A DNA stretch of 64,000 bases. Origin: Callorhinchus milii. Taxonomy: Eukaryota. Below, one piece after another: positions 25,101-37,100 of the stretch (position 1 is the stretch's first letter; every line of letters starts with the position of its first letter). Below the pieces are notes generated by a model. That model worked only from the letters and a program-made list of their open reading frames with translations. It did no database searches and was not told the DNA's origin. The position numbers and the translations under genes were made by a program. The stretch is from contig NW_024704742.1 of the NCBI RefSeq assembly GCF_018977255.1, positions 104,720,001 through 104,784,000 of the forward strand. The letters run 5' to 3'.

Positions 25101-28100
25101 CCTATTGTCCTGGCTGATGATCCCGCAATAAAATTGGTCACTCATTTCATGGCTGTTTGTAAGACATTGCTGTGTGCAAATTGACTGATGTATTCGCCTA
25201 CAATATCATTTATTTGCAATAAAACTTGTGAAGCATCTTAAAACTTCAATTCTGGTATGTGTTGGAAATATCTGTGGGTATACAAAGTATGAAATAAATT
25301 TCTGGGATTTCCACACTCCTTCATTTTCAGAATTTATTCTGAAGGTATTGGGAGTAATTTCCCATTTGTTTTTTCAGTGACTTAAAGCTTACACAAATAT
25401 ATTGTTGTAGTGATTTGCTGCCAAATTTCTTTTCATTTCTAACTGATTTATTTTGGTGAAAGACATTAAAAACATTACCAAAGGCTTACTCAAAAGTGAC
25501 AACTGGAATCATTAAACCTGTAGAAATAAAACTCATGCCTTTCTGTTCCTGGTGCCTACAATTAAAATAAGACTATAATAATAAATGTGTTTTTATTAAT
25601 ACTTTGACATCCAAATGATCGAAGAGCTGGTAATGTAAGTGAGCTCTGTTTCCAGGAAGCCAGTGCAACCCGGTGAGGATTGAGGTGATCCTGTGCCTGG
25701 TTCAGGAAAGCATGTGGGCTGCGGAGTTCTGGAATAATTCATTTACAGTCAATGTTCTGAAGCACTTTGGGAGCTCCTCCCGAGGTGTATCAGATGAACT
25801 AGGAAATCTGGCAATAGGGCATTGGAGAACAACAACAAATTTACATTTATAGAGCGCCTTTCGGGTCGGGAGGGCGTCCCAAAGCGCTGAACAGTCAGAT
25901 GTCAGGGCCCGAGCATGGGGGAGGGGTGGTGTAGGGGTGAGGGAAGGCAGAGAGGTGGGAGGGAGACCAAAGACACGGTCGAAGAGAAGGGTCTGGAGAC
26001 CGGCCTCGAAGGATGTGAGGGAGGAAGCGAGGCGAAGGGACCGTGGGATGCAGTTTCAGAGTGTGGGGGCAGAGATCAAGTCTGGAGGTGACAAAGGGGA
26101 GTCGACGAGCATTTAGGCTGTGTTGGGGCATAGAAAAAAAGTTAGCAATGTTGGAAAGATGGAAGAGAAGCCGTTAGAATAGACAAAATTAAGATGTTAG
26201 AATAGGTAAGAGCAGAATAGGGAAAGTGAAAGGGAAATTTGAAATGGTTTCAAATCTGTTCTGTGTACCATGAAACCTGCAATGAGGGGAAATCTCATGC
26301 TGTACCTGTAGTTGCTGAAAATACAAACCAAATGCTTTTCAATGATTCGATTACCTTGAAGCTCATTTTTTTTAACTTGAGTTATAATAATCCTTGCATT
26401 GCTACCATGTCAAAATAACTCAAAGCCCTTTGCAGAGTTTTAGAACTAAGTGGAGTGTAGAACTGTTTGGAGGTGAATGCGACAGCAAATTTGTACAAGA
26501 TAGTGTTGATAGTAAATGACTGATTTTATCTGCTGGATTGTTGACTAGGAACACCAAGAAAAACTCCCTTCTCACCTGAACATCTTAACAGAATCCTAGT
26601 GTCTTGTAGCTCAGTGGTTAGAGCACTCACCTCGCAACTGAGAGACCTGGGTTTGATTCCCAGCAGGGCGAAACCTTGGGCAAGTTTCCTTACTCCACAC
26701 GACTGATAATAATCCCTCAAGAAAAAAAACTAATAAAAATTGGTCATTTCAATCCACAACTGTTTGTGGGACACTGCTGTGCACAATTGGCTGCCAAGTT
26801 TCACCCACAAATATAGTCAATTCACTTTACACTATATTATGTGAAGCGCTTTGAGAGACGTCTAGAAGACGTGAAAAGTGCTATATCAAATGCAAGGATT
26901 ATTATTATCCCATACTTTAAAAATATTCTGTTCACAGATTTTAATTTATCAAATGAAGTCCATGTTTGACAGCTGGGGGGTCATATCCGTTTCATAACCC
27001 TCAGAGTTTGATTGATGTTTTCCTCAGAGTTTGATTGATGTTTCTTTTATAGCTGGATTTTTTTTGCATTATTACCTTAATTCCTAAAATTGACTGGTTT
27101 GATGCTATATGTCTCGGCTACTCAGAAGATGGTATTTAATGCTTCATCCATACATCACTTTTATCTCCATGATGTTCCCATAATGTCATTTTTTTTCTCT
27201 CTTGAGTGTGTTGCAGCTTTGAACGATACAAGATTTTCAAAAAAATTATTCAGATGCCATATTAGTCACAAGCTGAAATATTGACTCCAGAAACACAGCT
27301 ACATGAATGATGGTGTCATGATAATTGAATATTTTCAAAAATATTACATTGCTGACCCTATATGTCACACCATATATAGAGGCAATCACAGTAAAGGGAT
27401 ACCAGTCCCTTACCTAGTCTTCACTTTACTCATGTTTGAACCATTAAAGGAAGATGTGTAGCTCCTATTCTAAACCATCCCACTCTACAACTTCCAATAG
27501 CATCACCTAGATGGGACAGTTCCTGGAGAAGTATTCTTTAAGGTCACGAACTGTCACATGGCTGGAGGCTTCCCTCAGGGGTTTGTTTCTGCTCAGTCCT
27601 GAACATGTCCACCAAACTTGGCCAAGATCATTGGTGGGTCGGCATCCACCTCCAAGTGTCAAGCTGACACTCTGTTGCTTTAGTCGGCCTCCTTCCTCTA
27701 TCGGGTGTTCCAGGCAAATAACAACAACAACTTGCACTTATATAGCGCCCTCCACGTAGGGCAGCATCTCAGAGCACTTAGATTGATTATTAACAATAAC
27801 CAGGTTAATAATAAAGGCAAGAAAAATATTCACAATTTGTAGGAATGTAAACACAACAATGTAAATACTGGAAACTCCTGATAACTTGACCCTGGCTTAA
27901 ATTGTCATTATCACTGTCAATAACCCAGCCTCTTCCCATGTGAAACGTCCTAACTGATGTGAAAGGCGTTTTACAAATGTAATTTTGTTGTTGTTGAGAT
28001 GTTAATAAGGGACTCCGCTTCACTTGTCACTCCATTTAACATTGTAACTGGTTGTATTCTAGAAATTCTTATGAGTACTGTACTTATATTGTGAAATTAA

Positions 28101-31100
28101 TCGGTTAACGTATCCTGTAAGATGGTGTCTTGCATTGCAGTTCTCTTACCCCCACCCATCCCGCAGCCTCCAATAGACCAGAGGCCTCCATGATGGATCT
28201 GAGCATGTACACCCAACCTCCGCTGAGCACCCACACCAATCATAGAGCTCTCTTGTAGCCCATCAGGACCTAAACTCACCACTCCGGATAACTCATCACT
28301 GACCTCTTTTTCCTTGGAGTGAAGAGTTATCAGGAGTTTACTGTATAAGAATGTAAAATAAATAATGGAAATAGAGAGACAAATAATAATGTCTTGGAAA
28401 TTTCATTTTTCTTATCTTTAGGATTGATTCTTTGCTGGCCTTGCTGCTTCTAAGTGAAGCTGCTAAAATGAACATGGCTTGTTTCAAGGTTTTAACAGAT
28501 CTAGCAAGCAATATGATCGAGATACAACCACCCATCCTATTGGAGGTAAAGATATTCCTGCAAAGCAGTGTGCTGAAAATTATTAGAAGGAGTTTTTTCT
28601 ACTGTTTTTTTCCTTTTTCCAAAATTCATAATTATGTCATTGGGCAGTCCGCAATATGTTTTGCTTCCATTTGAAATGTGCAATTCCATTCTACATGATT
28701 CTCATAAATTACATATGAATTACTTGCCTATTGTGTATTATTAGCACAAAACACATTGAAACCCACTAGGAGGTGATTAAACAATAATAACAATAATAAT
28801 CCTTGCATTTGATATATTCTCCCTATACAACCGTTTATCCTTTCATTTCCATTATTTCTACCTGCATCCACACTCTGATTGTTAATAGGAAGCTTGGATG
28901 CAAACAAAACATGAGACTGAGATTTAGATTCAGATCTCCAAGATACAGTATAATCCTCTGTTATTCCAACATTATATTGTAAAGCACACAATGTTAGTTC
29001 TGAGTAAGGCTGAAAGCAATTTAACTGCAAAAAACTTTTCATATATTTGACTTTAGTAGTTGCTGGAATCACATAAACTTGTTGAGAAATTGTACTGGTG
29101 TGCTTCACATCAGGAGGATGGCTCAAGGTGCTTAACAATACTGACTTTGTACCTGAGTTGGGGGTGGGAGCTATGACAATACTGGCTTCGCACCTGAGAG
29201 TTGGGGGGAGGGAGGCAAATGATGTTCAAAAGAGGCAGGACTTGAGATGGACCTCATTTTATAACTAGAACATTAAAATTGAAAGGTGTGTTATACCCCA
29301 CAAGTAAAAAAACAAAAATATTTTTCAAAAAAAGATCTGGTGGGAGAGACCATTTTCCAGAAGTCAGAGGGTGTTCAGCCTCAACTAGTCATTTATTACG
29401 AGACACAAAAACAACAACTTCTGTTCCATCTGATAAATATGACTGTTTTGTCATCATATACTTGCACTTCACCATACTGTTTTTGGTGTGCATGTCACAA
29501 CTGTTAATAGAAGGTGCATAGCTCCTCCCAAAGCTCCTATTTGCCCCAAGCTTATATTTGTTGAATATGCCTGGAAATCTGTATTAACAATCTAGAGGAG
29601 GTCTGACAGCACAGCTCCGCTTCCCTCATGAACTCTATCCATTTAGCTCTGAACTAATCAAAATTCAGAAATAAAAAATAGTTTTTTTCTGCAGTCAGCC
29701 CACCTTGTTCCAACATTGTATTGTAAAGCACATAAAGGCTTATCTCATACATCTAAAAATTCTTGTCACAATTACTTTGGAGGGTTAACAATCTGAAATA
29801 AATGTGTAACTGGTAGTTGTATTTTAATGACAGGACTCTGTGGAGAGAGAAGATCCACATGTTTGGCCCTGGCAGCTGGGCCATATCTATAGCTGTATGC
29901 TAGGTGATATTTGTCTCTATGGCATCAATACAGAAATACAAAAGTCTGCTCTAATTGGTTTGGGAAATCCATCAAACAGACCAAAGCAACTCCTCCATAC
30001 AGGAGGATTACTTGAACTTTTGGAGTACTGTCCATCAACAGCACCCGATCCTGGTGAGTACCAGAGTGCCATTTACATTGTGTATAAGAACTAGAATGAC
30101 AAATGTTAGCAAAGAGAACTGATTTCCCTCGTGTCAGCAAGTATTGTTTCTCAACACGCTGAGAGGAATAAGTAGAATAGATGGAAGCAATTTATTTAAC
30201 TTGGACTGTGTACTCAGAACTAGAAAACTCAAGTATAAAATGAATAAGCCTCAAGCAAAATGAGATAGAACAAATGTTCCCCCCGCCCCATCCCCAGAAT
30301 AGTGGGTATGTGGAATAAACTTCTATCTAAAACGGTTGAAAGAGCAAGACAATCTAAAGGAAGCCTCTGTTCAAAGTATTCCCCCGAGCTATAAAAATGA
30401 ACATGATAACAATGAATATATATTAGTTTACTTGCAGCAAGGAATCCTCCCATTTTGCAATTCTCTGAATTGCACGTCCTCTGCTGCTCTGCTTACATGT
30501 TATTGGAAGGAAATGTGTACATCCCAGCATGACTTCTTTGACATGGGGGAGGATTTGAAGCCCTTGCCCCCTTCCTGTGTTTGCCCTGGGTTAGTCAGCA
30601 ACAGTCAGCTTGCAGGCCACTATGATCCATTTTGCTATGTGCAGATCTTCTCCCTATAACACATATAATCACAGGAACAGCTGAAGGCCAGTATCCTAGG
30701 GGTATGGAAGGTATATTTGAAGAGTGCTCGGGAAAGTTAAAATACATATTGATGATTATATTTAGTCTTGTCTGTAGCTGGGGGTGGGATGAGAGCCCCT
30801 GGGTGAGTGGGAAGAAGAATACTTTGAAAAAAAGTTGGTGTGATGTTTAACTCAGAATTTACTGACCCTATGGCAGGAGTGCGATCAAATGAGCCAAATG
30901 GAGCCTGTTTATGTTTGCTGCCTAGTTTATTGACTGAAATTTTAATCTAAATTTGCTTACCTAATTATGGAATAATACCTACATCACAGGATGAAGAGAA
31001 GGCCCTTTGGCCCACCTGATCCCATCCCTCCAGGATACCCACCCTTGCTCTCTTCTGCAATGCCTTGATGACCTGGGATTGTTGTAGTTGATGACCAACC

Positions 31101-34100
31101 CTATGTTGCTATGAACTGTATTCAGTACTCTAGGTATGGTCTGACCAGAGCTCTGTCCAGCGTGAGTATGATGTCTGGGAATCTAAACTCAAATGATTTA
31201 GCAATATAACCCAACATCCTGTTTGCCTTGTTTATTGCTGCCTCACTCTTGATAGACTGAACGACGAGTCAACTAACATCCTTAGATCTCTTTCAGATTC
31301 CCTTTGGCAAGTTTCATCCCATCCATGGACCCAACAAATATCCTCTGCTTCTTGTCCTGCAGCTAATTATTAATTCAGGTCCATGACTTGTCCTTGATAA
31401 CCAGTTACCACAGTTTGTGAAGGCTTTCATTTAAAGAGCAGTTTGATTCTATGATGGGGATAGGGTGGGTGTTCAGGAAACATGAGATCAGATGGCCGGA
31501 AGGGTCCCTCTTCATCCAAACCTTCAAACCAAGTCTCTTGTGAGACTTTCATGTAGTACTTTGTCGAATGCTTTTTGGAAGTCTGGATATACTACATCAT
31601 ATGGCTTCCATCAGACAATTTGGACTATCAACTCCTCAAATAAGTCTTTGAGGTTGATTAGACAAGACCTAGCCTTTCTGAACCCATGTTCCCTGTTGTT
31701 TATTAGATTATTTTTATATAGTCTTTTGGAACTCTAGATATACTACATAATATGGCTTTCCTCAGATGATTTGGGCTGTCAACTCCTTTGAGGTTGGCTA
31801 TTATTTATTAGATTATTTTTAAATATAGATAATCTTTCACTTGCTTTCTGATGATTGCCTCCATATTTTTTACAATTGTGGAGATCAAGCTAACAGATAT
31901 ATAGTTTCCAGGGATGGTATTTGAAGTATTTCAGTGACCCGAGATGAAGGACGCTATATAAATGCAGCTTGTTGTTGTATTTCTAAAATCTGTTGTATAT
32001 TTAAGGTCTACGACCTTTTCAACAATTACAGTACAAAAAAGCAGTGGTATTACTCTGTCACCATATGAAACTTGTTGTTGCTGTCACTACCTACAGTAAA
32101 ATATGAGATCAAGAGCAGGTTTATTTAAAGAACCAACACCATCTATTTCTGCAGGTTTAAAAATTGAAGGATGCTGTGGCCAGCAAAGATTGCCTCTCAA
32201 TAAAAAGAACCAAGTTTGTAACATGTCAACGGAGGAGAAAGAGAGGGAGGATACTGTGTCCCCTGACTCCATAAATTCTGGTGGGTAATTTTTCAGCAGT
32301 ATAAATTATAATCACTGTATAAAATAGCAACCACCCATGGAAAATGTAAGGTCACGTAATGTGATCTGGATGCCGTAGCACATTGTTTAATTTCTAACCG
32401 CACACACAAGGATTATCTTTGCCTGCATTGAAGAAAGTCTTAAAAAGTAAAATATAGTTTTGTTTCTTGTACAGTTACATTAAAAAAATCTTGTATATAT
32501 GACATATTAGTCTAGAAGGGAATAGGAATATTGGGGAGACTGAGAAGGCGAGGATGGGTGGAAGCTCACGTGAGTATAAACACCGACATAGACTAGTATA
32601 GATTCTATGTATGTAATTATTTGTATCTAAACACAAATGATCTATCCACAACAATTATATGTGATGTTGAGCTATGGCACTCAGTGTGCATCATATCTGG
32701 CAGGGAATTGTATGTAAGCTGTTATGTCAGTAATTTTCCAACTACTACTACTTCTACAGTACTATCATTGGGAACCTGTTTCAGATAGCCCATGGTTTGT
32801 AACCTTTTCACATCTTTATAACTTTTCTTCCCTTTGGGCAGGGAAGATTTATGTTATCCTTGAACAGATGAGGTTCATGTTTATTGTTTGAGGCTGGACT
32901 ACCAGATGTATATACCTTACTGCAGGGCAATTCATAGTCGTGGACTAGACAGACCTTATTGAGAGCAACCATATTACTGAATGGACCCCCAGTTGTCCTT
33001 CAAACTTTACATCGATCTCTTATTTGCTCAGCTTTCCTTCACCTCCTCAACATTGTCCACGTTCTACCCCCGGGGGTATTACATCTACCCCCGGGCTTCC
33101 GAGATCCTCTTTCACACCTTCATCACACACAGGCTTGATTATTCCAATGCCCTACTTGCCAGACTTCCCAGTTCTTCCTTACAAAAGCTGCAGACCATGC
33201 ATAATTCCGTAGCCCTTGTCCTCTTCTGCATCATGCTCTGTAAAGCTATCACCTCTATCCTTGCTTAGTTTCACTGGCTCCCCATTCCCCCCCCCAGTAG
33301 ATGAAATACAGGATTCTTGTCCATAATTCAATTCCCTCCATGTCCTTGTCCCATTCTACTTCTGAAACCCAACCAACCCAGCCTCTCTGTTCGCTCATTG
33401 ACTTGCTTCATTTCCCTCACTAGATCCGGCCTATCATTAGTCCCTGAGTTCCTCTGACTCCTCTCACTCTCCTCCTTTAAAACAGGTATTAAGACTTGCC
33501 AATTTGTCTGCGCTTTCAGTGATCTTTTTCCCCCCTACCCTCTTCAGCTCTCCCTCCTAATGCCCACCCCCTCCAGGTTGGGTGCCCAGTCAGCTGTGTA
33601 AAGTACTTTGGAATGTCCTCCTGGTATGAAAGGTGCTGTGTAAATTGTATTGTGGTTTTACAGCTATAATGTGATGTATTCTGTCCTTGTTCTATCAATG
33701 ATGTGCCTTGTGGAGGTAATATGCAGAAATCTTTCCTCAGTTGTTTGCAATCCAAACAGCTCATAAGATAAAGTGGGGAAGACGATACTCTAATCTTATA
33801 TCCCTGGCAACTCTTGACTTGAGAGATGACCATAACAGGACTCAAGCCTACAATCTTCTGATAGCTTCATATTTCATTATTCATTAGACCATATGTCTTT
33901 CCAGCTAACTAAGTTCAACACCATTTAAAGAACAGTCTTATTTGAATATCCCATCCATGTTGGTGCACAAGGCAATAAAATGTGCAATTTCCATATTAAT
34001 TGTCAGGTGTTGCACTTAGCTTCAATTTGTTGCACCTCCAAGATGCCTTATTCGGGTCCTTTTAAACTGCTAGCTCTTTGATAGGATATCTGTGGTGCGT

Positions 34101-37100
34101 TAGAGAGAAAGAGCTCCTATTGAGATGGCTGATATTTTTCCAGACAGTTTTCCCACACATAGTGCATTACTGTTCTGTGGTGCACCACAGCACCTTGGGA
34201 CGTCCTCCCGATGTGAAAGGCGCTATACAAATGTAATTTTGTATTTTGTACCATGCTTTGTTGTAACTGGAGCAATCAAAATGGAAGCAATCAAATGTGG
34301 TATGATGGAGAATCAGTGGGTGATGAGGTTTATCAGCAGGTTGACAGTTGATTGCAGGTTTACCTGTAGGAAGCAAATATATAAAGTCAAGAACCACCAG
34401 AGAGTAAAAAAGAAACTGCGAAGACAAAAACTCTGGAATAATATCACTAAAAGCTGGAAATCAACTGAAGGTCAATCAGCATTTGAAAGAAGAATTGTGT
34501 TAATGTAACATTTATAACCCATTCTGCTTAGATGTTATTTAATTGCCTGAAATGTGGCAATGAGCTCATCAGTGATAACAGTCTTGTTGATGGTATTGCA
34601 CATTGCTGTGAATTTTTATGCTGCCGGGTTATTTCAGGCAGCAGCTGAGGCTTTCAGGCAGTAGATCCATTGATAGAAGCATTTTGCAGGAAAGCTGCCT
34701 GATGATTAATCTTTTTTTGGAAGAAGCCAGCAGACATGGATTGATTGCTATCAGCATTTCTATCAGAGAGCCAGTATAAATGGAGAACAAGAGGTGATTG
34801 ACCATACTCATGTGACTATAAGAGCATCCCACATTACCACGTGGCAAACATCATCTGCAAGGGCTTCAACGTCTTTAATGCACGGATCTATAATTAGTTG
34901 TGGAGGATAGGCCAATCCATGATTAGCTATTACATCCTTAAATAGATCATTGGCAAGAGCACATTAGGATTACTGAGGTCTGAAGAGCAAGGCTTTCAAT
35001 CAAGACTCTGATTCATAAATAGGGACTCTGAAGGCTTTCAAACAAGACTCTGATTCATAAATAGGGACTCTGAGTCATAAATGGGGATTCCATTCCTTAA
35101 GGTAACCAGAACAACATTTGATTGCTCCCATTTTGATGGCTCCAGTTACAAAACGGCACGGTACAAAATACAAAGGGAACAAGGTAAGGTTACACAGGCC
35201 CGTAGGAACTTGATTGCATACATAGTCAAGATTACATTGGAGTGGAGTTCCTGTGTGTTTCCTCATTAAAAAGTTGCATTTCAAATTGCTGCATACTAGA
35301 TCCAATAGTGTTCAGTTTTGTATCTCCTATTTTCAAAGGATATTGAGGCATTGGATAATCATACATTCTAAATAGGGAACAACAACAACAACTTGGATTT
35401 ATATAGCGCCCTCTACGCCAGACGGCGTCTCAGAGTGCTTTATAGTAACGGATCCTGGAACCGAGCCGGGGGAGGGGGGGAAGGTGACCAAAGGTGCGGT
35501 CGAAAAAAATAGTGGCTGAAGGCACGGCTGCCAAGGGTGGAGCGGAGGACTCAGGGGATGAGGAGGAGGCCAGACCCGGAGGAACGAAGGCAACCGGTAC
35601 TGTTTTGAGGAGAGAGGAGGTCAGAGAGGTAGGGGGGGTGCAGAGGAGTGCAGGGACTTGAATACAAGGGTGAGGATCTTGAAATCGATCTTCTCTGGGA
35701 TAGGCAGCCAGTGCAGTCTGGCAAGGACTGGGGTAATCGGGGAGCGGAGTTTCGTGCAGGTGAGAATGCGGGCGGCAGAGTTTTGAATGATTTGGATTTT
35801 ATGGATGGTAGTGGATGGGAGACCGGCGAGGAGGGCGTTAGAGTAGTCCAGCCGAGAGGTGACAAAGACACAAGCACAAGGAGTGGTAGATAAGGGAAGA
35901 GAAATTAGGGCTCAAATCCAGACATCAATAAGATCTAATTTCTGGGTGTAGAAAGCAGGAAATACGTCAAATAGGATGCTGGGCTTTGTACAATAGGTCT
36001 GGAATATATAAGTAAGGAGGTTCTGCTCCAGTAATGTAGAGTGCTGGTCAGATCTCGTTTGAAGTACTGGTTTGGGCACTTAATGTTAGGAAGATTATAT
36101 TAATCTTGGAGGGTGTCCAGGTATGGTTTACTAGATTAATACCTGGGCTGAAGAGGCTTAGTTATGCTGAGAGCTAAATTGACTGACGTTATACAGGTAT
36201 TCCTAAAACGAAAGGAGGACACAAGGTGATTTGATTAAGGTATTTAAATACAAGATGTGTCCGTTACATGGGACATCTCTTCAGAGAGGTCGTAAAGATG
36301 TGGAATGCTCTGGAAAGCTTTTCAAAATGCCTTGAAGTTGGTGAAAATCCAATAATAAAAAGTTTTATGGTACTGAGGTAACATTTTGATGATTACTAAT
36401 ATATGATACAATAACAACAACTTACACTTATATAGTGTCCTCAAGTAGGATAATATCTCGGATGGCTTGATAGCTTTCTTTACAGTTTATGGCAGAAACA
36501 CGGATATCATTCCTATTGATGTTACACAACCTGCCTGCAATTATTCAAGATATTTCCGGAGATTTTATAATATGGCAAACTCTGTGACGAGACTGCATTT
36601 TAATAGCGGAATGTATTGTGTGATTGTTGCTAAGGAGTCCAGGAATAACATTTTCCTTGGTGGTATTACAGATTTCAGAGGGTATACAATATAGAAATTC
36701 CATTACAAGTATACAAGACCAAAGTCTGTAACCCTAATAGCCAGTGGAATTTCACCCTTAGATCTGCAGAATCTGTATTATTATTAATTTTTGCTCGTCC
36801 TAATTATATGCTGCATTTTTTAAATTAAGCTTCAGGCATTGATAAAAACATATACTAATTGCAAACCATCCATCCTCAAGTTGCAGAAACAACTATAGGT
36901 ATCCAATGTGGTTAGAGTCTTCAATAAGAGAATATTACAGTACAATTATGAAACCACCAGTTAATAAATTACTGGCATAAATGAGAGTCATCATTATATC
37001 GATTTTTGATTTTCTGGTCTCTTTATGAAACTAACAAATACAAATTCAAAATGTTCAGCTTGGTTTATGACAGTGTTTCTTACATTATTTATCTGACAGA

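Noticed and set aside
34989..35090. Repeat-spacer-like pattern suggestive of CRISPR
   Set aside because: Simple tandem duplication without unique spacers, in vertebrate DNA with no cas genes
36660..36735. Weak inverted repeat (ttacaga..gtatac / gtatac..tctgtaa)
   Set aside because: Too short and mismatched to distinguish from chance or a heavily decayed MITE
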